Shown: positions 30,886-41,245, counted from the first letter of the stretch. The stretch is DNA of 64,000 bases from an uncultured Porphyromonas sp. (GCA_963543315.1 CAUUAW010000001.1:79892-143891); one strand, 5' to 3'. The notes: generated by a model from the sequence alone, not told the origin. Program-made: numbers and translations.

Positions 30886-31767
30886 CTACACGAGCTCGAT
30901 AATCTTGACACCGTCCAATCCGTCTCGATCTATCTTAACATCATAGTCAGAGAAAGTGCGAGCAGGAGTCGCGGGGTCTCGCCGAGCTACGGAGACACGC
31001 TCGAAGAGCTTGTGCGCAGGCTCATTGCCTAGAAGAGAGTCGTGCTTGAAGAGGATCAACTTTTGCAGGCTCATGAGTCCACGGGCTGCCGAGTGATCTA
31101 GGTCAAACATCCTCTCTAGAGCCTCCCAAAAGAGCTGTAGGTCATCCTCTGTGAAGCCCGTGTCCTCAGCAAAGTGTGGTGTCACAAAGCCATACATCTT
31201 GTATAGTCCGTAGGGCACAGTCGCTTTGCGACCCATGGTTCGGTTTTCACCACTGGACTCAGCGTTTTCATTAGCCTTCTGCTCCTTATAGTCGGTAGCA
31301 GCCATGCGTGTAATGGTATGCTCATGAGGAAAAATCGGGTCGATAGAACGTCCGAATGTGAGTTGTATAGGACCTCGTACCTGACCAGCGTTGTTACCTG
31401 TAGAGAGGACGGCTCCGAATGCTCGTATGTCATAGTATTTCTGACACATGTGTGAGCGCACACGACCTCGATTAGTCGTTGTCGTCTTAGCGTCCTTACC
31501 GGTAACTTCTTGAACAGCTTCGTTGATAGAGTCGTTAAGGATAGAGTTCTCTCTGACAAAGATGCCTTGGTCAGTCGCCATCTGCACATAGTTGCGCACC
31601 TTGCGCTTGATACATACGTCTGTGACGAGACCCTCTCCCGTCTCGGGATCTACACGGGGCAAGTTACCGCCATCGGGATCCCCATTGGGATTGCCATCCT
31701 TGACATCAAAGAGCAGGATAAAGTCGTAGCGATTCTGTACGATCTGTGGGTTGGGTTGCATTTCCAT
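30886..31767 (-). CDS. cas7: Cas7 backbone subunit, type I-C (Csd2)
   Basis: 293 aa. The N-terminus NRYDFILLFDVKDGNPNGDPDGGNLPRVDPETGEGLVTDVCIKRKVRNY is the Csd2/Cas7c signature. Confidence 0.92.
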   Translation of the reverse strand: MEMQPNPQIVQNRYDFILLFDVKDGNPNGDPDGGNLPRVDPETGEGLVTDVCIKRKVRNYVQMATDQGIFVRENSILNDSINEAVQEVTGKDAKTTTTNRGRVRSHMCQKYYDIRAFGAVLSTGNNAGQVRGPIQLTFGRSIDPIFPHEHTITRMAATDYKEQKANENAESSGENRTMGRKATVPYGLYKMYGFVTPHFAEDTGFTEDDLQLFWEALERMFDLDHSAARGLMSLQKLILFKHDSLLGNEPAHKLFERVSVARRDPATPARTFSDYDVKIDRDGLDGVKIIELV

Positions 31768-31778
31768 GGTTGTATGGT

Positions 31779-33623
31779 TTATTGTTCTGATTCTTCTATT
31801 GAGCTGTCTATGTCTTCTTTCTTGTATGTATCGACTTTCTGATGATAGTAGCCTACTGCGAAGAGGCTCTGCTCATCTAGCGAGAGAGTTGCGGGGAATG
31901 CGGGGACCTCTGTAGGGATAAGTGCAAAGATCTCCTCAAGAAGCTTCTCAAAGTTGACGGCTAATCCAGGCTTCTCCTTGCGTAGCTTACTCAGGTGGTG
32001 GTTGGACAGTGCGATGAGTCGACCCATCACCATGTTAGGGCGTGTGGAGGCACTCACATAAAACCGATCTCTAATGGTTGCATTGACCCCTCTGCCTAGT
32101 GAGGCCTGCTGGATCTGCTCCAAGACGGCGAAAATGCGCCCTGCGAGATAGGCGATGTTGTTATTCTGCTTGTCTAAAGCCATAGGTAGTGTGATTAGAT
32201 TATTATATAGTCTTGCTTTTCGATTAATACATCCCTTGAGGATCGCAGCACGTAGCTCAGACACCTTACGCTCTTGTATGATACGATTAATACACGCTTG
32301 TTGTAGTGTCATCGGATAAGGAGTACCATCAAGGATACTCTCGACGATACTCTGCACAAGATTTGTGGCAAGGGGATTAGACTTGGAGGGCGTAGAGACA
32401 GACTTTACGATCCCATACAGCGACCGTAGGGGAGGATTCTCCTCGTCCACATTGCCATCCCAGCGAATGATGTCCATATCAACGAGATGCTGATAGACTC
32501 TGTCGAAAATCTCTGATACAGATCCCTGTTGCCAATACTTGATGGAGATGCGTCCGCCAGCAGTAAATCCAAGGATATAAAACTGCCTTTTGTCATCCCA
32601 ATGCTGTCCTTGACCTCGGTTACCTCGGATAGCCTTAAATTGCTCGAGTACTTTGTAGGTCTCTTGTGTTGGGTCTGGAGTTTTCTTTTTACTCCGATCT
32701 CTCCGCTTGGGTCTGTCATCCTCTAGGTTGGACTCTTCATCGCTATCTCTCTTGACAGCTCTAAAGGTTATGAAACTAAAGGCTTCGTTAATCTCAGCTC
32801 GGTTTATATCCGAATTCCAAAAGACGTAGGTAATGTCTCCGAGCTTATAGTGTGTTTGCTCATTTCTCAATAACTCATTGAGTGCAGTAGTATGGGCAAA
32901 GGAGGCACCCTTAGAGATGGGAGCATTCTCTCCTTGCTTCTTTCCATAAGACAAGTAAGCCGAATCATTAAAGCTCGCTATAGTAGCTCCCGCTTTAGAG
33001 CCTGGAGCAATAATACGAGCATGAATTTCCGCTAGAGGTCCTCTCTCTCCTGTTATTAGGCATCGTCCTAAATTTCCCTCTACCTGATACTTGTGAGACG
33101 CGAAGTCGTACGCATCCTCTTGTGTAGCTAGGAGCTCTGTATCACCTTGTAGCTGGAAAGTAATCCAATCTCCTGATAAAATTCTTTCGGTGTGTACGTC
33201 TTCTGGTAAAGGAGTCTCAAGACCTCGATAGCTTTCGTAGAAGCGACAAACCGCCTTAAAGCTAGCATTGCCTGGATACTGTTCGGATATTTTGAACATT
33301 AACCACTTAAAAGACTCAAGTCGATCCTCAGAAGGCGTTATACACTCTCCACCCTCTTCGTATCCTAATATATACTTACGATTATCCCAAAACGGTTGAG
33401 CTGGAGGATATTTTCCACTACGTTTCAATCCAGCTGGGACGAGATAATCCTGTACTTTACTCTTCTTATCGTCTGGATCTTTAAGATCTTTTAGCCGGAC
33501 AAAAGAGCCATCCTCCCGAATAACTATCACCCAGCGAATGGGCTTTACCTCTAGTCCAGGGGTAGCTATGCGATGAGCCTTGCGCATCGCTTCATAGTAG
33601 TTGTATAGTGCTTGTAGGATCAT
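31779..33623 (-). CDS. cas8c: Cas8c large subunit, type I-C (Csd1)
   Basis: 614 aa. MILQALYNYYE is the characteristic Csd1 N-terminus. Positioned between cas5 and cas7. Confidence 0.9.
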   Translation of the reverse strand: MILQALYNYYEAMRKAHRIATPGLEVKPIRWVIVIREDGSFVRLKDLKDPDDKKSKVQDYLVPAGLKRSGKYPPAQPFWDNRKYILGYEEGGECITPSEDRLESFKWLMFKISEQYPGNASFKAVCRFYESYRGLETPLPEDVHTERILSGDWITFQLQGDTELLATQEDAYDFASHKYQVEGNLGRCLITGERGPLAEIHARIIAPGSKAGATIASFNDSAYLSYGKKQGENAPISKGASFAHTTALNELLRNEQTHYKLGDITYVFWNSDINRAEINEAFSFITFRAVKRDSDEESNLEDDRPKRRDRSKKKTPDPTQETYKVLEQFKAIRGNRGQGQHWDDKRQFYILGFTAGGRISIKYWQQGSVSEIFDRVYQHLVDMDIIRWDGNVDEENPPLRSLYGIVKSVSTPSKSNPLATNLVQSIVESILDGTPYPMTLQQACINRIIQERKVSELRAAILKGCINRKARLYNNLITLPMALDKQNNNIAYLAGRIFAVLEQIQQASLGRGVNATIRDRFYVSASTRPNMVMGRLIALSNHHLSKLRKEKPGLAVNFEKLLEEIFALIPTEVPAFPATLSLDEQSLFAVGYYHQKVDTYKKEDIDSSIEESEQ

Positions 33624-34345
33624 CTCAGTATTTCATTACTATCTATTGGTGGCACGAGGATAACACCTTCGATCATCTGCGGATGATAAAACATAGCTGG
33701 AGGACTCTTTTTATCACTCTCAAAGTCCATGTCATAAAGCATTATACTCAGATCCCGACTCTCATTTATAGGTTCTGGGAATATAACGTCCTCTTTGTTA
33801 TCTAAGTCTACATATTCAAATGCGCAGGTAAACTCGCGGCACCCTAGATAAGGCATAGTAAAGCATTGCCCCGCTCTCGCTCTCCGCTCGAAGATTGCTT
33901 GGTACTTCGCTGGATTTTCCGCCTCCCGCTCAGCATCTGTATAGACTTCTTTGTAATGCTTCTGACAGTCAGCAGTACGCTCTCTAAGGGGGATGTAGAC
34001 CATCTTGGCATAGATCCGGTAATCAACGTCTCGCAAAAGGTAGGAAGCTCGCTGTCTCCGATCCTCCGAGATATCTACTCCTTTGCTCCCTCTGCTCATA
34101 ATAGAAGCTAGCTCATTTCGCTTGATAGTAAACCGCTTGATTGGAGCCAGTACCTCTATCTTCGTGATCTCCCAGCGTATAGCAGGTTTCCAAAAAATTG
34201 CTTGAAAGATAGCTCTCGCGGCACTCGGCGTGATCACATCATAGCTAACACGCTCAACCTTCATCTCGGGACGTGTGAAGCAAGCAAAAGGACCTCGCAC
34301 ACGCAGACAGTACTCCTTATCTACATACTCTCTCTTGTCATCCAT
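33620..34345 (-). CDS. cas5: Cas5 (Cas5d/Cas5c pre-crRNA endoribonuclease), type I-C
   Basis: 241 aa. YCLRVRGPFACFTRPEMKVERVSYDVITPSAARAIFQAIFWKP is typical of Cas5d. Overlaps cas8c by 4 nt. Confidence 0.92.
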   Translation of the reverse strand: MDDKREYVDKEYCLRVRGPFACFTRPEMKVERVSYDVITPSAARAIFQAIFWKPAIRWEITKIEVLAPIKRFTIKRNELASIMSRGSKGVDISEDRRQRASYLLRDVDYRIYAKMVYIPLRERTADCQKHYKEVYTDAEREAENPAKYQAIFERRARAGQCFTMPYLGCREFTCAFEYVDLDNKEDVIFPEPINESRDLSIMLYDMDFESDKKSPPAMFYHPQMIEGVILVPPIDSNEILR

Positions 34346-34349
34346 ATGT

Positions 34350-36674
34350 CTATAGTATCAGAGGTTCTATTGTTAAGTTTAGTTGTATACCGGTTTCCTC
34401 ATCATACAACCTTCCGTTGGTTAAGTAAGCAAAGCCACTCTCGTTTATCGAAATGCTTCCTCCCAAAGTTAAACAATCTTTTTCACAAATACCTACAGAA
34501 TTTCTATGAAGTTGCCTATAATCTTGTCGTGTGAGCGGGATCTTGTGCTGAAGTTTTCTGATGAGCGATTTACCCACCTCGCCATAAGGCACAACGATCG
34601 AGATACTTTTATCCTCTATATACTTAAATCGTTCGCTCGCCTCCTCGTAATCAAAGCGCAAACCCTCACATCGATCGTTATCATCTCCCCATAATAAGGA
34701 GCTTATCTTCTGCTTATCAAAGCTACCAATCTCGTGATAATAGGCTCTGTAATAACGCTCAATATCTGCTCGCTCTGGAGTCTCTCGACTAGCTAGCCGG
34801 TCTAATAAATCCTCCAATGCTCCCTGCGCCCAGCTCATCTCACCCGACACTTGAGAGCCATCCGTAAGACGGAAAATATATACCTTTCCAGGCGACATCA
34901 TATGTCCCTCACGGTTGCATCGTCCTGCCGCCTGCATGACAGAGTCTAGTCCGGCAATCGCGCGGTATACTACGGGGAAGTCGAGATCCACACCTGCCTC
35001 TACTAGCTGTGTACTAACGACTCGCACGGGAAGTCCTCCGCTCAAACGCTCCCTGATCTCCTGAATGCGCTTCTGAATGTGCGCCGAGCACATTCTCCGC
35101 GAGAGGTGTATCAGCCCCTTGCTCTTCTTATCCCGACTTTGTAATGCTCTATATAGCTGAGCAGCATCGTTGCGACTATTCACAATACAGAGGAAGCTCT
35201 CGTACTGGGATAACCGCTCTGCCAGCTCATCTGTAGAGAGCTTGAGAAGATTCCAGTCATAAGTAACCTTATTAAATGGAGTAAAACTCTCGGCGTCATA
35301 AGGTACGACCTCTTTGATAGGCTCTTCAAATGAAAAATAGTTATGCCCGATTCTCTTGCTATCCGATAATATATCCTGGTCAAAGATTGGCAGCGTAGCG
35401 GTACAGAAGAGAGGCTCTACACGGAAGGCATAGTGGAGACTCTCCAATACCCGAAGCATAGGATTGAGAAACTTAGGCGGAAACATCTGCACCTCGTCAA
35501 AGACAACGACCGAATTGCATACGTTATGTAGCTTGCGACAGCGACTCACACGATGGGAGAAGAGAGACTCGAAGAACTGCACATTGGTCGTCACGACGAG
35601 TGGCACGTCCCAGTTTTCCGTCGATAGCTTACTGTACTCCAAGGCCTCATCCTCCCGCTCCTTAACATCCAGATCCGAGTGATGCTCCAGCACATTGTCC
35701 GCGCCAAAAACCTCTCTAAAGGTCTCTGCCGTCTGAGTAATTATAGAGGTATATGGGATAACGTAGATAATCCGATCGCATCCATTTGTCAGCGCATGCT
35801 CTATTGCCCACATCATGGAGGAAATAGTCTTGCCCGCACCTGTGGGGAGCGTGAGCGAATAAATACCCCTTTTCGATATCCTACCATGATTGCGACATTG
35901 GTCGAGGAAGACAGCTCGCGCCTCATTGATCTGCCCCTCTCGATTAAAATGCGATACATACGCCTCCAATTGCTCTTGCATCTGCTCTAGCGAAGCCTTA
36001 GCACTCTGACGGATAATGCTTTTGTCCGGAGACATAAACCGCTCCGTGTCGAGGAAGTCTGCGTCGACCAAGCAAGAGAAGAGCATACGAATCAGCAGGG
36101 GATAGTCCTCTTTGTCTAGATCATCCCACGCATTTCCGATCTCCTCGAGAGAGACCTTGTCGAGATATGACTCAAGCTGATGAGAGTCGGCAGCAAGTCC
36201 CTTGAGAAGGGGATCTACAAGCCTTTTTTTACTTGAATTATCAAACAGAGAACGAAATGCCGCATCATCGTACAATCCCCGATGGTGGCTTGCGATACAA
36301 AGGGAGAGTATCTTGTGCAGAGCTTCTCCCCACCCCGCTCTCTCCAATTGATTTACATAGAGAGCTCCAGTAGGACTATGCGGAGTATGCCAAGCTGTCA
36401 AGGAAGTGTCTAGCCCAGACTCCCGACGTATATATCTCTGGAAACCCTCTTGGTACTTGCCCACATCGTGAAGGAGTCCCAGCAGGTAACCAATCTCGCC
36501 AAACTCTCGGCAAGCGGTGATGCGCTCAGCATAGCTTTGCGCCAACTCAGCTACGCCGAGTAAATGCTCTAGTAGCGGCTGTGTCTCAAAGGAGCCATCA
36601 GCAAGTACTCTCACGTGAGCAATATTCTCTTCATAACTCATAGGTACAGTAAACTTTTTAACGGTAGAGCTCAA
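34350..36674 (-). CDS. cas3: Cas3 HD nuclease / SF2 helicase
   Basis: 774 aa with an N-terminal HD domain (LLGLLHDVGKY, ASHH), helicase motifs (LPTGAGKT, VVFDEVQ) and a Cas3 C-terminal domain. First gene of the I-C operon. Confidence 0.93.
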   Translation of the reverse strand: MSSTVKKFTVPMSYEENIAHVRVLADGSFETQPLLEHLLGVAELAQSYAERITACREFGEIGYLLGLLHDVGKYQEGFQRYIRRESGLDTSLTAWHTPHSPTGALYVNQLERAGWGEALHKILSLCIASHHRGLYDDAAFRSLFDNSSKKRLVDPLLKGLAADSHQLESYLDKVSLEEIGNAWDDLDKEDYPLLIRMLFSCLVDADFLDTERFMSPDKSIIRQSAKASLEQMQEQLEAYVSHFNREGQINEARAVFLDQCRNHGRISKRGIYSLTLPTGAGKTISSMMWAIEHALTNGCDRIIYVIPYTSIITQTAETFREVFGADNVLEHHSDLDVKEREDEALEYSKLSTENWDVPLVVTTNVQFFESLFSHRVSRCRKLHNVCNSVVVFDEVQMFPPKFLNPMLRVLESLHYAFRVEPLFCTATLPIFDQDILSDSKRIGHNYFSFEEPIKEVVPYDAESFTPFNKVTYDWNLLKLSTDELAERLSQYESFLCIVNSRNDAAQLYRALQSRDKKSKGLIHLSRRMCSAHIQKRIQEIRERLSGGLPVRVVSTQLVEAGVDLDFPVVYRAIAGLDSVMQAAGRCNREGHMMSPGKVYIFRLTDGSQVSGEMSWAQGALEDLLDRLASRETPERADIERYYRAYYHEIGSFDKQKISSLLWGDDNDRCEGLRFDYEEASERFKYIEDKSISIVVPYGEVGKSLIRKLQHKIPLTRQDYRQLHRNSVGICEKDCLTLGGSISINESGFAYLTNGRLYDEETGIQLNLTIEPLIL

Positions 36675-36728
36675 TTATATCCTACTATTTCACTTTATTG
36701 ACGAAGATAACACTATTCGCTTGGAGTC

Positions 36729-36882
36729 CCCACTGTTTTTCTCAATAATTACGGGATAAAGAGTCGGTAATTACAGAATAATCGATAGACGATTACGGAA
36801 TAGTCATCCCACCATTCCGGATTTGTCAGAGATTGCCTCCGGAGCAAAATTCAGATAATTTCGAGAGCGAAAATTCTCTTTC
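36729..36882. repeat. 22-bp-phased palindromic repeat array (about 7 units), immediately upstream of cas3
   Basis: Units ACGGGATAAAGAGTCGGTAATT / ACAGAATAATCGATAGACGATT / ACGGAATAGTCATCCCACCATT / CCGGATTTGTCAGAGATTGCCT / CCGGAGCAAAATTCAGATAATT / TCGAGAGCGAAAATTCTCTTTC. Confidence 0.78.
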
Positions 36883-37005
36883 TGGTAGATCCCGAGACTT
36901 AAGGCGGTAACCCTTGCCCGAAAAGTACTGGAAATGAAGCGACTACCTACAGAAACAGAATGATATATTGCGATATAAAAGCCCGAGCCTTACTGTTGCC
37001 GTAGA

Positions 37006-38121
37006 CTACGAACGCTTGCGATAAGTGAGGATGGCAACAGTACAATTAACCGATGCAAAGACCGAGAGAGCCGTCAATTCACGCCACATCTCTGTAAAAC
37101 CGACTTCTTTGAGATAATAATTGCGCATCACAATACTGTAATGTGTAAAGGGATGAGAGACTGCGAGTACACGAGCCCACGTGGGCATCCCCTCAATAGG
37201 GGTGAATAATCCTCCTAAGAGGATGAAAAACATCATAACAAAGAAAAAGGAAAACATGGCCTGCTGCTGCGTCTGAGCGAAATTCGTAATGACTAGTCCC
37301 AATCCACTCATAGCAAGTACGTAGAGCATTGATGCAACCAACATCATGCCGAAATTCCCCACAGGCCATAACTGGTACATTACCCCGACTATCGGCAACG
37401 ATATGAGCACCATGCCAACGGCTATGACTAGGTATGGTAATGCCTTAGAGAGCATAAAAATAAGAGGATGGATGGGAGTTACATTCATCTGCTCGATAGT
37501 ACCCATCTCCTTTTCTTGTACCATGTTGAGAGCTGGCAGGATGAAAGCCGTTAGCGTTATGAGCATAGCAACAAGCCCTGGGATGATATAATCCTTATAA
37601 TTCGCCTGGGGATTATAGCAATTCACCTCAACAATTTGCAGAGGCATAGAGAGACTCTGCTCGTAGCCTGCACTTTGATTGATCTCTGCGACAAAACGCT
37701 GTACAACCTGCTGCGTATACCCCCCTGCAACAGCACCCTTAGTTGCATTAAAAGCGTTGATACGAGCCTCTACTTGAGCAGCCTTATTACTCATCAATTG
37801 CTCCTCAAAGTGTGGCGGTATGGTAATTATCAGGTCGGCTTTACCGTCTTCTATACGCTTCATACCACCGGGTAATGTGGGTGGTACCCTTTCGTCCCAA
37901 GCATTGACAAAGTATCCAGAACTAAAAAACTGTTGCTGGAGCCGCTGCGAGAGGGAAGAATGGTCGTGATCTATGACAATCGTCTGTAGATCTTTAATAT
38001 CTGTCGTTGTGGCAAAGGGTAATAGCATTAATACCACAATGGGGTACATAACAACCATACCCAAGAGCATCCGATTGCGTAATAGATTATATATCTCTTT
38101 ATGTATGAGAGCTAGTAGCAT
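37006..38121 (-). CDS. ABC-2 type transporter permease
   Basis: 371 aa with an N-terminal TM helix, a large periplasmic loop, then 5 TM helices. This is the YbhS/YbhR-like ABC-2 layout. Confidence 0.8.
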   Translation of the reverse strand: MLLALIHKEIYNLLRNRMLLGMVVMYPIVVLMLLPFATTTDIKDLQTIVIDHDHSSLSQRLQQQFFSSGYFVNAWDERVPPTLPGGMKRIEDGKADLIITIPPHFEEQLMSNKAAQVEARINAFNATKGAVAGGYTQQVVQRFVAEINQSAGYEQSLSMPLQIVEVNCYNPQANYKDYIIPGLVAMLITLTAFILPALNMVQEKEMGTIEQMNVTPIHPLIFMLSKALPYLVIAVGMVLISLPIVGVMYQLWPVGNFGMMLVASMLYVLAMSGLGLVITNFAQTQQQAMFSFFFVMMFFILLGGLFTPIEGMPTWARVLAVSHPFTHYSIVMRNYYLKEVGFTEMWRELTALSVFASVNCTVAILTYRKRS

Positions 38122-38156
38122 TTGGACTGTGCCCTATGTAGTTTTTATAGAGTGAT

Positions 38157-39293
38157 TTACTCTAACTTTTGCTTGAAGTTTAGCAATGCAAGGAGTATCA
38201 AAAGGAGAGTCATACCCGTCATAATCACTGACTCCCATATAATGGACGACCAGCCCAGCCCCTGTATCATCAACTTTTTAATGGCAATAGAATACCAGGT
38301 AGCAGGGATAGCTCGAGCTATATATTGTAACCATATAGGCATACTCTCTATAGGAAAAAACATACCTGAGAGCATCGAGACTGGGAGTAACAGCCCCGCT
38401 CCACTAACAAGCATAGCGACCGTTTGATTACTAGTCATTGTGCTGATAAGCATTCCCAAAAGGAGTGAGACCAGAATGAAGAGAAGTGAAACGAAAAAAA
38501 TCGCTGTAACCGATCCCAATATGGGGACACCCAATACAAATCGCGCAAGCATCAATATCGACACGACATTAAAAATACTCAGCGTAAAGTAAGGTGCCGT
38601 CTTGGACAACAGGATCGTTATCGGATGAACAGGAGAAGTGAGTAGGACCTCCATGGATCCAAATTCTTTTTCTCGAACAATCGAAACGGAGGTCATCAGA
38701 GCACAGATAATCATCAAGACGAGACTCATAATCCCTGGGACGAAATAGTAAGGTGCCCTCATCTCAGGATTGTAGAGTAATGTCGTAAGGGTCTCTATCT
38801 GATATGGTCTTCTAGTAGCTGTACGCATGGTAATGAGCGCACTAAACTGGTCTAGATACTCTCTTACTGTCGTATAAATAATCCCTTGTATCTGACTACT
38901 TATGAGTGCTGACGTATTAGGATCACTCGCATCTAGACGTAACTGAATCATCGGTTGCGTGCCAGAAAGGATATCTTTATCTAGATTACTGGGCAAAACG
39001 ACAACAACATGTGCTCGCCCCACACGAAGATATTCATCAAGGTCCGCATGTGGTGCGACCATCTGGACAGATCCCACAGCATCACACACTCTCAAATGGG
39101 TATAAAGGCTCTCAACAAAGGGCGTACGCATCGGGGTAACCAAAACGACTTTTATCTGTTTGACCTCAGAGGAGAGAGCGAAGCCAAAGGCAAGAACTAA
39201 GATAATCGGTAATCCTATCAAGAGCATCAACGTGAGCCTATCTCTGAAAATGTGGATAAACTCCTTGCGGACAAATTTAAAGAAGACTCTCAT
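38157..39293 (-). CDS. ABC-2 type transporter permease (paralog of the downstream gene)
   Basis: 378 aa with the same topology as the 37006-38121 product. Confidence 0.8.
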   Translation of the reverse strand: MRVFFKFVRKEFIHIFRDRLTLMLLIGLPIILVLAFGFALSSEVKQIKVVLVTPMRTPFVESLYTHLRVCDAVGSVQMVAPHADLDEYLRVGRAHVVVVLPSNLDKDILSGTQPMIQLRLDASDPNTSALISSQIQGIIYTTVREYLDQFSALITMRTATRRPYQIETLTTLLYNPEMRAPYYFVPGIMSLVLMIICALMTSVSIVREKEFGSMEVLLTSPVHPITILLSKTAPYFTLSIFNVVSILMLARFVLGVPILGSVTAIFFVSLLFILVSLLLGMLISTMTSNQTVAMLVSGAGLLLPVSMLSGMFFPIESMPIWLQYIARAIPATWYSIAIKKLMIQGLGWSSIIWESVIMTGMTLLLILLALLNFKQKLE

Positions 39294-39354
39294 CAGATGC
39301 TCTCGAAGATTATGAAATTAGCTACAAATCTCGTGTAGCAAAACACCCGAATGC

Positions 39355-39921
39355 TTAGAGCTTGTAGAGGAACCCCTGAGCAACCTCTTCGGCAATAGCC
39401 CGCCCTGCTAGCTGCTCTAGCAACTTAAAGGCAAAAGGTAACGCCAATGCCGGTCCACGACCTGTGATAATATGCCCGCAAACTTCGACATCAGCACCCG
39501 TCATTGTGAAGCCTGTTACCTGCTCTTCAAAGCTCGGATAGCACGTAGCTCGCATCTTGCCGTCGCCTATTCCGGCAGCTCCTAGCACGCGAGGTGCTGC
39601 ACAAATTGCCGCTATCACACGATTAGCCTCATGTTGTTTACGTATTAAGTCGAGAAGGGGCTCACATACATTAAGCTTAGTTAGACCACCTGGCAGTACG
39701 ATCGCCCTAGGAAGCTCCTCAGTACTCAGATGCTCTAGGAGCATATCGGCCTCGATCGTTACCGAATGTCCTGCTATCACCGCACGAGACTCCGTAATAG
39801 AGACTGTCTTAACTGGCAAATTCCCTCGCCTTAGTATGTCAATCACGGCAAGAGCCTCGACCTCTTCGAAACCCTCTGCGAGAAATACTAGTATATCATT
39901 TCTGGTATTCATATCATTCAT
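39355..39921 (-). CDS. DJ-1/PfpI/ThiJ family protein
   Basis: 188 aa with the nucleophile-elbow Cys motif AAICAAP and a conserved GRGP segment. Confidence 0.85.
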   Translation of the reverse strand: MNDMNTRNDILVFLAEGFEEVEALAVIDILRRGNLPVKTVSITESRAVIAGHSVTIEADMLLEHLSTEELPRAIVLPGGLTKLNVCEPLLDLIRKQHEANRVIAAICAAPRVLGAAGIGDGKMRATCYPSFEEQVTGFTMTGADVEVCGHIITGRGPALALPFAFKLLEQLAGRAIAEEVAQGFLYKL

Positions 39922-39968
39922 TTATAAGTCGTTTTTCCTTATTATAGATTCATCGAACTGTCCCTCTC

Positions 39969-40757
39969 CTAACCCTTGACATCAAAGTGGTAAGTAATTG
40001 TTCCTTTCTGGTCGGGAACTCCTCCAAGAGCATTGAATCGCGTCTTGCGAGCTGCCTGAAGGGCCGCTGATTGAAGAGTGTTATCAACGACATTGGTCCC
40101 TCTTAGACGCACCTTAGCTTCCGTTACCATACCCGCCGCATTGACTGTAATCTCCACGACTACTGTACCTCGGATGTCTGGTACTCGAGAGGGCATTACC
40201 GGTCTCCCTCCATTACCTACAATCGATCGCCCCTCCAACGACCACCCAGCAGAGGATCCTGCAGCGCCCTTGTCAGCAACACCAGATCCCGACTGACTAG
40301 TACCTGCAGCAGACTCCGTACTTGCAGGTCTCTTACGATCGAATAATCCTGCGACTTTGTCTGCCACCTCCCGCTCGGAAGGTCCTGTTGGTTGTCGGAC
40401 GGGTTCGGATGGTTTTTCCGTCAATTGCGTACGACTTGGTATTGATGTAGAGCGTGGTGTAGGGATCGCTTCTGGAGCTTTAGGTTGTGGCAATGTAGAT
40501 GTCGTTGCAGGATGTTTTGAGGATGAAACCTCAGAAGGCTGTGCAGCTGTAGATGCTATGGCAAGGGGGTCTCCTTGCATATCACTCTTACTACCCCAAT
40601 CTGGGTCTACACCGACAGAGATCCACAGCTCTTTTGTCGTCGTGTGTGTATGTTTTGAATTACTCATATGGCACAACACGAGCAACCCCACGAGCAATAG
40701 GTGTAGGATTATCGCTACACCAATGGCAATCCATCTGTCAGAGAGCTTCTGATCCAT
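39969..40757 (-). CDS. tonB: TonB family energy transducer
   Basis: 262 aa with an N-terminal TM anchor, a Pro/Ser/Thr-rich linker and a C-terminal TonB domain (GTVVVEITVNAAGMVTEAKV). Follows exbB-exbD. Confidence 0.8.
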   Translation of the reverse strand: MDQKLSDRWIAIGVAIILHLLLVGLLVLCHMSNSKHTHTTTKELWISVGVDPDWGSKSDMQGDPLAIASTAAQPSEVSSSKHPATTSTLPQPKAPEAIPTPRSTSIPSRTQLTEKPSEPVRQPTGPSEREVADKVAGLFDRKRPASTESAAGTSQSGSGVADKGAAGSSAGWSLEGRSIVGNGGRPVMPSRVPDIRGTVVVEITVNAAGMVTEAKVRLRGTNVVDNTLQSAALQAARKTRFNALGGVPDQKGTITYHFDVKG

Positions 40758-41208
40758 TGGTTATTGCTTCATTTACCGATGTGGATTGCAATGCTTGGGT
40801 CGCTAATACCATGCGCAAACCCGCCGTTGCAGATGCGTTAAGTACCTTAACGATTTCTCCATAAGATATGGATCGATCGGCATAGAGCACCACATAAGGA
40901 TCTTCTTCATCCGCGAGTGCAACTCCCAACTCATAGAGACGGTTCTCTAGCTCCTCGACGGGTAGTAGGGTCATCTCAGGCATAGCCTCTGTAGAGAGGT
41001 AGTAATACCCATCAGCGTCTATCGTAATACGAGCTGCCGGCTCTTGCGTTGTAGCTGTAGACTGAGAGGAGGGTAAATTAACCTTGATCGCATTCGGTAC
41101 CACAAGTGTACTAACCACCATAAAGAAAATCAATAGCAGAAATATGACATCCGTCATAGAGGCCATACTAAATATAGATATATGCTTACTGCGTCTCTTA
41201 ATGCTCAT
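40738..41208 (-). CDS. exbD: biopolymer transport protein ExbD/TolR
   Basis: 156 aa with a single TM helix (MTDVIFLLLIFFMV) and a periplasmic domain. Confidence 0.85.
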   Translation of the reverse strand: MSIKRRSKHISIFSMASMTDVIFLLLIFFMVVSTLVVPNAIKVNLPSSQSTATTQEPAARITIDADGYYYLSTEAMPEMTLLPVEELENRLYELGVALADEEDPYVVLYADRSISYGEIVKVLNASATAGLRMVLATQALQSTSVNEAITNGSEAL

Positions 41209-41245
41209 GACCTAAGTGAAGATAAATCTATAGCTCTAGACAACC

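Noticed and set aside
28819-36674. A mobile-element context for the cas operon (integrase, transposase, tRNA attachment site, long direct repeats).
   Set aside because: None was found within several kb on either side. Only the short 22-bp arrays flank it, and these are reported separately as a hypothesis.
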